54,159 bases of DNA from Oscillospiraceae bacterium (lineage in GTDB: Bacteria; Bacillota; Clostridia; Oscillospirales; CAG-272). Under the pieces are notes generated by a model. That model was not told where the DNA came from, did no database searches, and saw only the letters and a program-made list of their open reading frames with translations. A program made the translations under genes and the position numbers. Positions within the stretch are counted from its first letter, which is position 1. Every line of letters starts with the position of its first letter. Below, one piece after another: positions 19,930 through 28,589 of this stretch. Location: contig SVSW01000005.1 in NCBI GenBank assembly GCA_015064095.1, positions 1 to 54,159 of the forward strand, given 5' to 3'.

Positions 19930-20877
19930 TCAGTTACCTACCTTTGAAATGACTTTCTTTACGAGTAGGTTGGAGCCAACCATTACGGCAAAGAGTACTA
20001 CCGCTATTGCGGACGAATATCCTATTTCGAATCGCTGACCGCCGTAGTCGTCCAAGTGGTGCATTATCGTATGCGCCGCGTAATCGACCGAGGGGAAGCC
20101 GCACAGTGCGGTAACAACCGCTCCGAATCCGAAGGAGTTTGTAATGGACATGATAGCACCGAACATAAGCTGCGGCTTCATATTCGGCAAGGTTACATAC
20201 CAAAGCTCCTGCCAACGGTTGCGAATACCGTCAACAGCTCCCGCTTCGTACTGTGCGCGGTCGACGCCCTGAAGACCTGCGATAAACGAAAGGAACGAGG
20301 TTCCGAGTGAGCACCAAATAGCGACGATTATACACAGCGGCATAACATAGCTTGCATTTTCGAACCAGTTTACCTCGCTTGAGATAAGTCCGAGCTCAAG
20401 AAGCCATGCATTTGCCCAACCGTACGAGTCTCCCGAGAAAAGCGTTTTCCAAACGAGATATGCTTCTCCGGAAATCGAAGGTGCGTAGAATATTAGAGTT
20501 ACGATAGCGCGGATCTTCGGCGAAAGCTCATTTATAAACCATGCTACCATAAGTGACATAAGATAAGAACACGGGCCGACTATTGCGGCGAATATAAATG
20601 TATTCTTAACTGCGATGAGGAACACGTCGTCGTCAAGGAAAAGCCTGACGTAGTTGTCAAACCAGACGATGTTCGGCATCTGCAACATATTAAAGTCCGT
20701 AAAGCTGAAGAACACGGAAAGTACGACGGGAACGACCGTGAATATGGTGAAGAGGATCATGAACGGTGCAACCATGGCATATCCTGCCCAGTTGCGCTTC
20801 ATCTCTTTCCACGTCCACTGCATTTTTGTCATATCTTTACGCGCCACAGCTTTTTTTGCTGCAGTTTTTTCTGACAT
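19930..20877 (-). CDS. Carbohydrate ABC transporter permease (MalF-like)
   Basis: EAA loop IAGLQGVDRAQYEAGAVDGI..ELWYVTLP. Confidence 0.9.
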   Translation of the reverse strand: MSEKTAAKKAVARKDMTKMQWTWKEMKRNWAGYAMVAPFMILFTIFTVVPVVLSVFFSFTDFNMLQMPNIVWFDNYVRLFLDDDVFLIAVKNTFIFAAIVGPCSYLMSLMVAWFINELSPKIRAIVTLIFYAPSISGEAYLVWKTLFSGDSYGWANAWLLELGLISSEVNWFENASYVMPLCIIVAIWCSLGTSFLSFIAGLQGVDRAQYEAGAVDGIRNRWQELWYVTLPNMKPQLMFGAIMSITNSFGFGAVVTALCGFPSVDYAAHTIMHHLDDYGGQRFEIGYSSAIAVVLFAVMVGSNLLVKKVISKVGN

Positions 20878-20898
20878 TGTTTTATCTCCTTACTTAGA

Positions 20899-23800
20899 TC
20901 AATATGAAGCTTGGTAATCCTTGAAGCATTCTGCGATCTCATCGAGCTTGTCGGCGAGTTCGTAGAAGTCGGAATACTGAGTTTTTCTTAACGCAACTGC
21001 CGCAGCCGTGAAGAATGCTATGTCCTCATCGGGAACGGAGTTCGTTGTTTCGGGGACCTTTGCAAGCGCCTCATTGATCAGGGCGATCTCGTCTTTATAT
21101 TTTGCCTCTACTGTGCCGTCAAGCGTTGAAAGCACTTCTTTTATCTCGTCTATACGCTTATCGGCAAGTGTTTTTCCGATCTCAAGAGTTTCAAGATCGA
21201 ATTCTTCGCGTTTTCTTGTTATTTCCTTATTAATTAGATTAATGTAAGAAAGCAACTCGTTTGTCGGGCTTGCGAGGTTATCATAAGCCGCAAGGAACGA
21301 GAATTGGGTGTAACGCGAGATTATATAAGAGCCGGGATAGTTCGGGATCGATGCAAGATTCTCGAACTGAAGCGAAAGCTGATTATACTCATCGGTCGAC
21401 CAAGGCATACTTTCAAGTGCCTTTGTGTTTGCCGTGGGATGCTTTGCGGAGTCACCGAGTATTGCAACCATCTCATTCGAATAGTTGACCTGGCAATCTT
21501 CGCCGACATACCATTTCATGTAATCCCATGCAGCTGTCTTTGCATCACAGCCGTTCATCATCGCAATAGCAGTTACCGTGGAAACCGCCTGATTGTTGAT
21601 GCTCTTTACGACCTTTTCGCCGTTCTCATAAATGAAATCACCGTCTTCATTAGTTTCATAAGTGGCGATACCGGGCAGCGGATAGAATGACCAAAGTCCG
21701 CGTATCTCCGTTGCGAAAACAACGAGCTGGTTATAAGTTGCGTTGTAGCTTGCTATACCTATCGGTATTTCACCGGTTCTGAAACGGTTTGCAAAATCGT
21801 ACTTATAGGGGAACGAGTACATCGTAAAGAGATTACACATATACTCAAACGATTCAAGCGCGAGGTTCGAATCAAGATTGATTCTCATACCGTCATCGGC
21901 GAAAAGCTCTCCGCCCTGCTGATACAGGAACACCTTATAGTCATTCGACATACCGATCTGCATGTTCTTCGACTGAAGAACGGGGATCGCAGCCTCTATA
22001 TCGTCCCAGCTTTTCGGAATTTCAAGTCCGAGATCGGCAAGAATATCATTACGGACGAACATCATCGCGAAGTTCTGAGTTTCGGGCAAGCCGTAGTAAT
22101 GCATGATACCCTTTGTATCCGCAAGTCCGAGAACGTACATTGCCGCCTCATTGAACTGAGCGTCTTCATTCTTTATCTTGTTGCCGTTTTCGTCGAGCTT
22201 ATAATTATAAACGTAGGTAGAACCTTCAAAATTATCTCCGATGTTGTAAAGATCGCCGTTTTTATCAAAATAGCAATAATGATTGCCGTTTCTATCGGTT
22301 ACCTCGCCCGAGTTATCCGACGAGAATGCGATCGTGTACATCGTCACACCGTCACCGGATTTGGCGAGTATCTTTGACGTTCCGCGGCCTTCAATAATAT
22401 AATTGTCAGCCTCAAGCTCGGAGATAAGCTCGGAAACGTTTTTCTTAACCATTACATATTGATTTGTAATTTCATTGAATCCTTCATAGTTTTCAACGTT
22501 AAGAAGCGCGCCGCGTATTGCGTAGTTTATGATGTTATCCTCAGTTACTCCTATATAAACATCAGGACCCGATCCTGCAAGTATCGACGGCAGAAGCGCT
22601 CCGGCGTTAACAAGCTTGAGATCAACAAGATGGCCTGTTTCGGGGGTGAACTGATTATTTATGAGGTTACGGATAACCTGTGTCTGGTCGCGGCCGTATG
22701 CAAGCCAGACCTCAACGGTCTCGTTGCTATCGGAGCTTTTGGTGGTTGCACCCATACGGTCATAGTTTCTGAAGAAGCTCTGGAAGAAACGCGTGATCTC
22801 GTGCCAGAGGCTCTCGAAGAAATTAGCATTTGCGGGGGGAAGCTCGGCATCTGCGCTCTGAACTACGAAATAGTCGAGTCCGAGCGGCTGAGTTTTAGCC
22901 GTGCTGACCCAAGTACCGAGAGTACCTATATAAGATTTGAGCTGATCGAGGTATTTTGCAACGTTATCCTCGTCCTTACCCATTTCCGCAAGAAGCCATG
23001 CGATACGCTCAAGCGTTGCAACATTAGAGCTCTTTGCTCCCGCTATATCAGCAAGCTCCTTTGCGATCGCCGTAAGATTGTCGGCCTCAACGAGAAGACC
23101 CGCCATCGTATCCGGCATTATGCGATAGAATCCGTAATCGCGGTATTCATCGGGATCGGCACCAGTGAGCTTCAAGATATCAAGGTAATAGGAGTTGATA
23201 TTTGACAGCGAGCCCGATACGCGGCTGACAACATCTCCCATGTCGCCGAGAGAGACCTCAAGCTCGATCGTATATGTAACGCCTTCCTTGAAATAAAACT
23301 CAAGGGGGATCTCCTCCCACTGTGAATTACCGTTCTCACCGGAAATTCTCTTGGCATACATAAGCGGTCCGACCTGCCAATCGGTGGAATAGTCAAAACG
23401 CAAGTTCGCCGCCTCTGTGAAAGGACTTCCGTTATAATATCCGTCTGCCCCCTCGGCAAGGCCTTCGCTGTATATACGAAGTGCACGTGACGAGAACATA
23501 CCGTCATTTATATTCTGTCTGTATCTTGCTACTATCTGATAAAGACCGTCTGCATCAACTTTGAATTTATATCTCAGCCACTGACCTGAGGTCTGCCACT
23601 TATCTCCGCCTATTGTATTGAGCACCGTGTGGCTCGTATTGGACGGCGACGTGAGTGCCGAGGAAGGATCCTCTATCGGGTAAACCGTTTGAGATGAGGA
23701 CGAGAACACGTACTCAGCTTCAAACTTTACGCTTCCCGTACCCTTTTTGTATCCCTTTGCCTCATACTCTTTAAGAATGTCCTCATAAGAGCGGCTCTCC

Positions 23801-24831
23801 TCAAGCGGGCAAAGAGTGATGCTCTTTATGACCATGGGCTGATTCTTGGACTGAAGGCTTATCGTGTTCGTTCTGCCGGCATAAAGCAAAAATTCAAACG
23901 ACTCGGAATAAAATCCGTCGACGTCGCTGCACTCATAAGCTCTCCATTCGGGAACACGCTGCATTGTGGGGCGTATCTCGTTTCCGTCTATATCCGAGGT
24001 AAAAAGTCTAAGATCGGACTCGGTCATTTTGTCAACGATCTCGTCTGTCCAGCCACCGTCGGGAAGATCTATAACAATATATGAAGAATCGGCAGCCACC
24101 TCATACTCGAGCCCGCAGCGCTTGGCTGCTTCGACGTAAGGCGTTACGTCGGTGTACGAGCCGTCCTGCTTTTGGGTCATCGTAATCTTATAGAGCGAGC
24201 GCCATACCTTCGCCAGCGTTAAATAACGCGCTTCGGCAAAAGGAATAGATCCGTTGATCTTAAGTATTCTTTCGATCGACGACGCCTTGTCCTCCGCCAC
24301 GACCGTGCCTTCCTGACCGATAAGCTCGTTTACCGGATAATACTCGATCTTTATCGAATACTTTGAATACGTAGCATAATCCGTTACTATCTCATTGGTC
24401 TGCGGATCCTCGTGCGTTCCGACGACAACATTTGGAACATCAACGTCAAACGATATCTCTCCGATCGCGGGAGTATAAACGCCCAACACCTCGCCGTTAT
24501 TAGGCACGTAGTCATCACCAACGACGGTCACGTCACCCGTGAGAGAATCGACCTTAACGCGATAAACGTCCGCCGTTGTCGCGTCGGCATTATAATCAAT
24601 GCCGCTGACCGTTATCTCTTTTTCTCCCTTGGGAGCCGCCTTAAATATCTCCGTTCCGGCATACTCCTGATAGGATACTGCGTTCAGCAGCTCACGCACG
24701 TCATCGAGCGTTGAGTCGGACACCGACCCACCGCCGTTTTCGCCTGCGGCGGCGGGTATTACCCCCCCGACGAGAACGAACGACAACGCAAGCAGAAGAG
24801 CTGTAATTCTTCTGAACAATGGTTGCTTCAT
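20899..24831 (-). CDS. Very large extracellular solute-binding protein (1310 aa) with N-terminal CBM-like beta-sandwich region
   Basis: ATG at 24831 follows GGAGGA; Sec signal ends VIPAAA with no lipobox Cys; FEAE and WQTSGQWLRYKFKV..GLYQI CBM-like motifs; C-terminal family-1 SBP motifs (GRDQ, YGLPETQNF, PKSWDD, AAWDYMKW). Confidence 0.85.
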   Translation of the reverse strand: MKQPLFRRITALLLALSFVLVGGVIPAAAGENGGGSVSDSTLDDVRELLNAVSYQEYAGTEIFKAAPKGEKEITVSGIDYNADATTADVYRVKVDSLTGDVTVVGDDYVPNNGEVLGVYTPAIGEISFDVDVPNVVVGTHEDPQTNEIVTDYATYSKYSIKIEYYPVNELIGQEGTVVAEDKASSIERILKINGSIPFAEARYLTLAKVWRSLYKITMTQKQDGSYTDVTPYVEAAKRCGLEYEVAADSSYIVIDLPDGGWTDEIVDKMTESDLRLFTSDIDGNEIRPTMQRVPEWRAYECSDVDGFYSESFEFLLYAGRTNTISLQSKNQPMVIKSITLCPLEESRSYEDILKEYEAKGYKKGTGSVKFEAEYVFSSSSQTVYPIEDPSSALTSPSNTSHTVLNTIGGDKWQTSGQWLRYKFKVDADGLYQIVARYRQNINDGMFSSRALRIYSEGLAEGADGYYNGSPFTEAANLRFDYSTDWQVGPLMYAKRISGENGNSQWEEIPLEFYFKEGVTYTIELEVSLGDMGDVVSRVSGSLSNINSYYLDILKLTGADPDEYRDYGFYRIMPDTMAGLLVEADNLTAIAKELADIAGAKSSNVATLERIAWLLAEMGKDEDNVAKYLDQLKSYIGTLGTWVSTAKTQPLGLDYFVVQSADAELPPANANFFESLWHEITRFFQSFFRNYDRMGATTKSSDSNETVEVWLAYGRDQTQVIRNLINNQFTPETGHLVDLKLVNAGALLPSILAGSGPDVYIGVTEDNIINYAIRGALLNVENYEGFNEITNQYVMVKKNVSELISELEADNYIIEGRGTSKILAKSGDGVTMYTIAFSSDNSGEVTDRNGNHYCYFDKNGDLYNIGDNFEGSTYVYNYKLDENGNKIKNEDAQFNEAAMYVLGLADTKGIMHYYGLPETQNFAMMFVRNDILADLGLEIPKSWDDIEAAIPVLQSKNMQIGMSNDYKVFLYQQGGELFADDGMRINLDSNLALESFEYMCNLFTMYSFPYKYDFANRFRTGEIPIGIASYNATYNQLVVFATEIRGLWSFYPLPGIATYETNEDGDFIYENGEKVVKSINNQAVSTVTAIAMMNGCDAKTAAWDYMKWYVGEDCQVNYSNEMVAILGDSAKHPTANTKALESMPWSTDEYNQLSLQFENLASIPNYPGSYIISRYTQFSFLAAYDNLASPTNELLSYINLINKEITRKREEFDLETLEIGKTLADKRIDEIKEVLSTLDGTVEAKYKDEIALINEALAKVPETTNSVPDEDIAFFTAAAVALRKTQYSDFYELADKLDEIAECFKDYQASY

Positions 24832-25136
24832 GATTTTTCCTCCTGAAAGATTTTTTCGGACAGGGCCGTGCCCCTCCGAACTGCCCTCGCTTTTGCGAGT
24901 GCTTATATTCAACCGAATCTTGCCAAGCTTTTTCCGTGAGCGCATCGCGACTCCGATATGCTTGCGGAAAAGCGACCTTCGGTCGGCAGGGCGAGCCTGC
25001 TAAAGAAGCGCTCGCTTTCCGCCACTATTCCTTAATGACGGACAGACCCCGACGGTTGGCCGACCGTCGGGATCTTCATTCTGTCGGTCCGCGGCGACTC
25101 CGCGGACTCCAAAGCGATATGCTTCCTCATTTGATG
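24832..25136 (-). ncRNA. Candidate structured 5' leader RNA of the ABC operon (family not recognised)
   Basis: About 300 nt, GC-rich, between a strong promoter and the RBS; at least 7 stems visible by eye and a repeated AAGCATATCG decamer. Confidence 0.55.
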
Positions 25137-25141
25137 CTAAT

Positions 25142-25170
25142 ATGATACCATACGATAATTTCTCTGTCAA
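25142..25170 (-). promoter_or_regulatory. sigmaA promoter for the ABC operon
   Basis: Minus strand TTGACA-17 nt-TATCAT with an extended -10 TG. Confidence 0.75.
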
Positions 25171-25673
25171 GGCGTATATATATGTAGAAAACCTCTGCCG
25201 CGCGCCATTTCTTTCGAGTGATCTTCTGCGCCGAAAAAGCAAAAATATTACCTCTTTTTTGATTTTTGGAAGATTTCACGAAGAAGTTTTTTTGTCTTTT
25301 TGTTTGGTAAATCAAATTTACATCAGTGGTGCTGCAAAAGTGTCGGTTTTGTCACGCTATGCATTTTTTTGTGCAACTTGTATGAACAAAAAATCGTAGT
25401 TTTTTGAGGGTAATTATAATTTACCTGCCTTTCCCGATACCCTGATTTTTCATGTATTGTCGATTTTCGGCACTGTATACATATTGCACAATTTTGAATT
25501 CAAAATTTCTACAAATATGTAGAATGATAATTTTTTCAACAAAAAACACAAAATCGACGCAAAAAACGCCTTTTTGGGCTTAAAATTTACATTTTTTGTA
25601 TGCGATATAAATATTTGTAAATTTTAGGTTTTTAAAATTCACACGGTTACCACACAAATCACAAGTGCAAAGC

Positions 25674-25708
25674 AATAAAAATTCCCTCCCGTGAAACGGG
25701 GAGGATTT
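25674..25708 (-). terminator. Orphan intrinsic terminator-like hairpin
   Basis: Minus strand CCTCCCCGT-ttc-ACGGGAGG followed by GAATTTTTATT. Confidence 0.5.
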
Positions 25709-25719
25709 CAGTTTCGGTC

Positions 25720-25811
25720 ATAGTCCTAATACTTCCGGCTACGCACAAGTGCGCTTTTTGTTGGCCTGTCAGCCATACAATTGTTACGCAAACCCGCTTG
25801 AGCGGGACTAT
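25720..25811. repeat. Possible MITE-like element, 92 bp
   Basis: Terminal inverted 7-mers ATAGTCC/GGACTAT enclosing three small hairpins; only one copy in this window. Confidence 0.3.
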
Positions 25812-25814
25812 ATC

Positions 25815-25952
25815 AAAGCCTTCCTGCGGGAGGAAGGTGGCGGCGAAGCCGTCGGAAGGAGCCTGCGTTGCTTAATATTTAGAGTAACGATATCTCAACG
25901 CGCTCTCCCCCACCCGACTACGTCGGGAGCCCCCTCCCGGGGGGAGCCTTTT
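25815..25952. repeat. REP-like palindromic element (inverted doublet)
   Basis: Two head-to-head GC-rich hairpin units (AAGCCTTCCT..AGGAAGGT-GGCGGCgaaGCCGTC-GGAAGGAG and CTCTCCCC-CCCGACtacGTCGGG-AGCCCCCTCCC..GGGAGCCTT) resemble interspersed palindromic repeats I recall from Clostridia. Confidence 0.55.
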
Positions 25953-26047
25953 GCACAGGCTCATTATCACTCTATATTTCGTTTGCTTTTTCTCATCGGC
26001 AATAGCCTTTTTTGAACCGCGCCACTATCGCGTGATTTTCGTCTTAC

Positions 26048-26083
26048 AAAAAAAATAAAGACCGCCGTGCGGTCTTTATTTTT
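26048..26083 (-). terminator. Intrinsic terminator after rsfS
   Basis: AAAAATAAAGACCGC-cgt-GCGGTCTTTATTTTT, with a T8 tract on the minus strand. Confidence 0.85.
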
Positions 26084-26091
26084 CGTTTGTT

Positions 26092-26457
26092 TCAGTTTTC
26101 ATCGCGATAGAGCTTATCGAGATTGTAGAAATCTCTCGCCTCGCGGCTGAAAATGTGTACGATAACAGAAGCATAGTCAAGAATGATCCAGCTTCCGTTA
26201 TCTCTGCCCTCGGTGCGTATAGGCTCAACTCCGCGCAGCCCGATCTTGTGCTCGACCTCGCCGATAAGGGCTTTGACCTGAGTTGACGAGTTGCCGGTGC
26301 AAATAACGAAGTAATCTGCGATCGAGGTCTTTTCCGTCACGTGCACTACCTTTATATCTCTCCCCTTCTTTGAGTCGAGCACCTCGGCGATCGCCTCGGC
26401 AAGCTCCTTCGGATCTTTATCGGTTAGGGGCGTCAAGTTTTCTGTTTTTTCTTCCAT
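26092..26457 (-). CDS. rsfS: Ribosome silencing factor RsfS
   Basis: KKGRDI, IADYFVICTGNSSTQV, WIILDY, HIF..EARDFYNLDKLY; follows nadD-yqeK. Confidence 0.95.
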   Translation of the reverse strand: MEEKTENLTPLTDKDPKELAEAIAEVLDSKKGRDIKVVHVTEKTSIADYFVICTGNSSTQVKALIGEVEHKIGLRGVEPIRTEGRDNGSWIILDYASVIVHIFSREARDFYNLDKLYRDEN

Positions 26458-26483
26458 TTTTGACTTCTCCGTTTTGATTAATA

Positions 26484-27107
26484 TTATTTTTTAATTATTA
26501 ATTCATTTAAAGCATCTACTGTATCGGTGCTTATAGGTCTTTCTTCTTCAAGGAGTGCCGAAACCGTCATTTTGAACGAGGTTATCAGCACATCGCGAAG
26601 GTGTGCGTCTTTTTTTGATTTTTCCATGCTTTTTGGGTCTTTTGACCAAAACATTTCGCGCAAGCGAACGCAATCGGGGAATTTCCTTGTTTCGTCAATA
26701 TAATCAGCAAGATATATAAGCTTTTCCGTCAGCGTCATACCCGCGTGACCCGTAGTATGCCAGCGAACAGCCGAAACTACATCGGCGGTTGCAAATTCCG
26801 GGTATTTTTCGGGGATAAGAAGCGCTGCGGTCTTTGCATGAAGCGTTTTGTCCGCAATTATTTCCGCTTTCGTTGGCTCGATTCCGTGCTCGCGCAAAAT
26901 TTTTACGTGTTCTTCGACCGTCAATTCTTTTGTTATATCGTGCAGCAGCGCGGCGGCACGCAAAACGTCTGTTTTCTCGGGTGCATAAAGCTCACCGAGC
27001 ATTATCGCTGCTTTTTCAACCGCGAGCGTGTGCGCGCGGCGCTTTTCGGACATTTGTGCAGTTTCTATTTTGCGCCGCAGCTCATTTAAAGTTTTTTCGT
27101 TTATCAT
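26484..27107 (-). CDS. yqeK: HD-domain symmetrical Ap4A hydrolase YqeK
   Basis: KRRAHT, AALLHDITK, LHAK, WHTTG, YLADYI motifs; nadD-yqeK-rsfS synteny. Confidence 0.9.
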   Translation of the reverse strand: MINEKTLNELRRKIETAQMSEKRRAHTLAVEKAAIMLGELYAPEKTDVLRAAALLHDITKELTVEEHVKILREHGIEPTKAEIIADKTLHAKTAALLIPEKYPEFATADVVSAVRWHTTGHAGMTLTEKLIYLADYIDETRKFPDCVRLREMFWSKDPKSMEKSKKDAHLRDVLITSFKMTVSALLEEERPISTDTVDALNELIIKK

Positions 27108-27709
27108 TTTGATCCGTAAAGCCCGTTTTCCTTTATATAATGTAAGATCTCGGGTGTCAAATAATTTTCCGTCGGCTTGCCGCTCGCTATGAGCTCACGA
27201 AGCTCGCTTGACGAGATGTTTATTGCATCTGCATCTATCATCGTAATATCCGAAGAAAATTTATCTTTATATTCCGCCAGCTTTTTTCTCAAAAGCTCGC
27301 CTGCTTCGGAATCGTTTTCACGCCTGATGCCGACGGGTGTGCAAAGCGAGAATATCTCCTCGGCGCAAAACCAAGTATCAAGAGTAAGCAGCATATCCGT
27401 GCCGCAAAGCAGATAAAGCTCCCTGCCCTCTCTTGCAAGCTCGCGCAGGGTCAGCACGGTATAGCTTTTTCCTCCGCGCTTTATCTCCATATCGGAAATT
27501 TGCACGTTTTTGATGTCAGAAAACGCGATCTTGCACATTCGAAGCCTTGCGATTGGGTTATCCCCATATCCGACCGTTTTGTGCGGAGGTATTGCCGTGG
27601 GGATTATGAGCAGCTCGTCAAGCCCCATTTGCTCCGAAAACGCGCGTGCGGCGCCGATATGACCGATGTGCGGCGGTGAGAACGTTCCGCCGAAAATACC
27701 GGTTTTCAT
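27104..27709 (-). CDS. nadD: Nicotinate-nucleotide adenylyltransferase
   Basis: GGTFSPPHIGH, PPHK, SYT, GTD and ISSSELR motifs. Confidence 0.95.
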   Translation of the reverse strand: MKTGIFGGTFSPPHIGHIGAARAFSEQMGLDELLIIPTAIPPHKTVGYGDNPIARLRMCKIAFSDIKNVQISDMEIKRGGKSYTVLTLRELAREGRELYLLCGTDMLLTLDTWFCAEEIFSLCTPVGIRRENDSEAGELLRKKLAEYKDKFSSDITMIDADAINISSSELRELIASGKPTENYLTPEILHYIKENGLYGSK

Positions 27710-27993
27710 GGCAGCTCGATCTTTTTGTGCTTTTCCGACTCGCGGTAAAGCACGAGCTTAAAGCCTATAACGGCAACGACGTCGGAATTCGTGGCTTTTG
27801 CGAGCTCCTCTGCCGCCTCCTTGGTTGTATAAGGACAGGTCTCAAGCGTTTTCAGCTTGATAAGCTCACGCGCCTCAAGCGCGTCCGAGACCGTTTTTAT
27901 TAAATTTTCGCTGATGCCGTCTTTGCCGATCTGCATGATCGTGTCAAGATTGACGGCGAGCGAGCGAAGGTATGCTCTTTGTTTTGATGTCAT
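27706..27993 (-). CDS. yhbY: CRM-domain RNA-binding protein YhbY
   Basis: TSKQRAYLRSLA..QIGKDG..ARELIK..IG..LVLYR. Confidence 0.93.
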   Translation of the reverse strand: MTSKQRAYLRSLAVNLDTIMQIGKDGISENLIKTVSDALEARELIKLKTLETCPYTTKEAAEELAKATNSDVVAVIGFKLVLYRESEKHKKIELP

Positions 27994-28589
27994 ATGAACA
28001 TTTCTCTCAATTTTAATAGATTTCCAAGCTTTTCTGTGGCTTTTGCGCGGTGGCTGACAAGGTTTTTCTCATCTGGGGTCAGCTCTGCATACGTTTTTCC
28101 GAGCTCATCGACCCAGAAAAGCGGATCGTATCCAAATCCTCCCTCGCCGCGCGGATTAACGAGTATCTCGCCGTAGGTTTCGCCGGCTGCCACCAGCGGC
28201 TTTTTCGTATTCGGGAACACGCACGCGATAGTGCAGACGAATTTTGCCGCACGGTTCGGCTCTTTGCCAAGCTCCGAAATAAGCTTTGCGTTGTTTTTCT
28301 CGTCATTTGTGTCCTCACCGCCGTAGCGCGCGGAGTATATTCCCGGTGCGCCGCCGAGCGCCTCAACGCAGAGCCCCGAATCGTCACCTATGCCGATATA
28401 TCCCGACTGTGCTGCGAATCTCGCCTTGATAATTGCGTTTTCCTCGAAGGTTGCTCCGTCCTCAACGATCTCCCCGAAAAGTCCGACGTCTTCGAGCGAA
28501 AGTATTTCAATATCCGGCACGTATTTGCGTAAAAGCGTTTGCAGCTCTGCTATCTTGTGCTTATTGTGAGAGGCTAAAACTGCTTTCAT
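27990..28589 (-). CDS. rdgB: Non-canonical purine NTP pyrophosphatase (RdgB/HAM1)
   Basis: ASHNKHK, DDSGL, PGIYSARY, GFGYDP and SHR motifs. Confidence 0.95.
   Translation of the reverse strand: MKAVLASHNKHKIAELQTLLRKYVPDIEILSLEDVGLFGEIVEDGATFEENAIIKARFAAQSGYIGIGDDSGLCVEALGGAPGIYSARYGGEDTNDEKNNAKLISELGKEPNRAAKFVCTIACVFPNTKKPLVAAGETYGEILVNPRGEGGFGYDPLFWVDELGKTYAELTPDEKNLVSHRAKATEKLGNLLKLREMFI

Noticed and set aside
24832-24945. N-terminal extension of the SBP in the ORF track (also the extensions of alaS, ftsY, trmFO, infC and the radical SAM gene)
   Set aside because: The downstream starts have better SD sequences or family-typical N-termini; the extensions run through RNA structure, promoters or neighbouring genes.
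25560-25660. AT-rich tract as a possible oriC or dif site
   Set aside because: I found no TTATCCACA DnaA boxes, no convincing XerC/XerD arms and no visible switch in strand composition.
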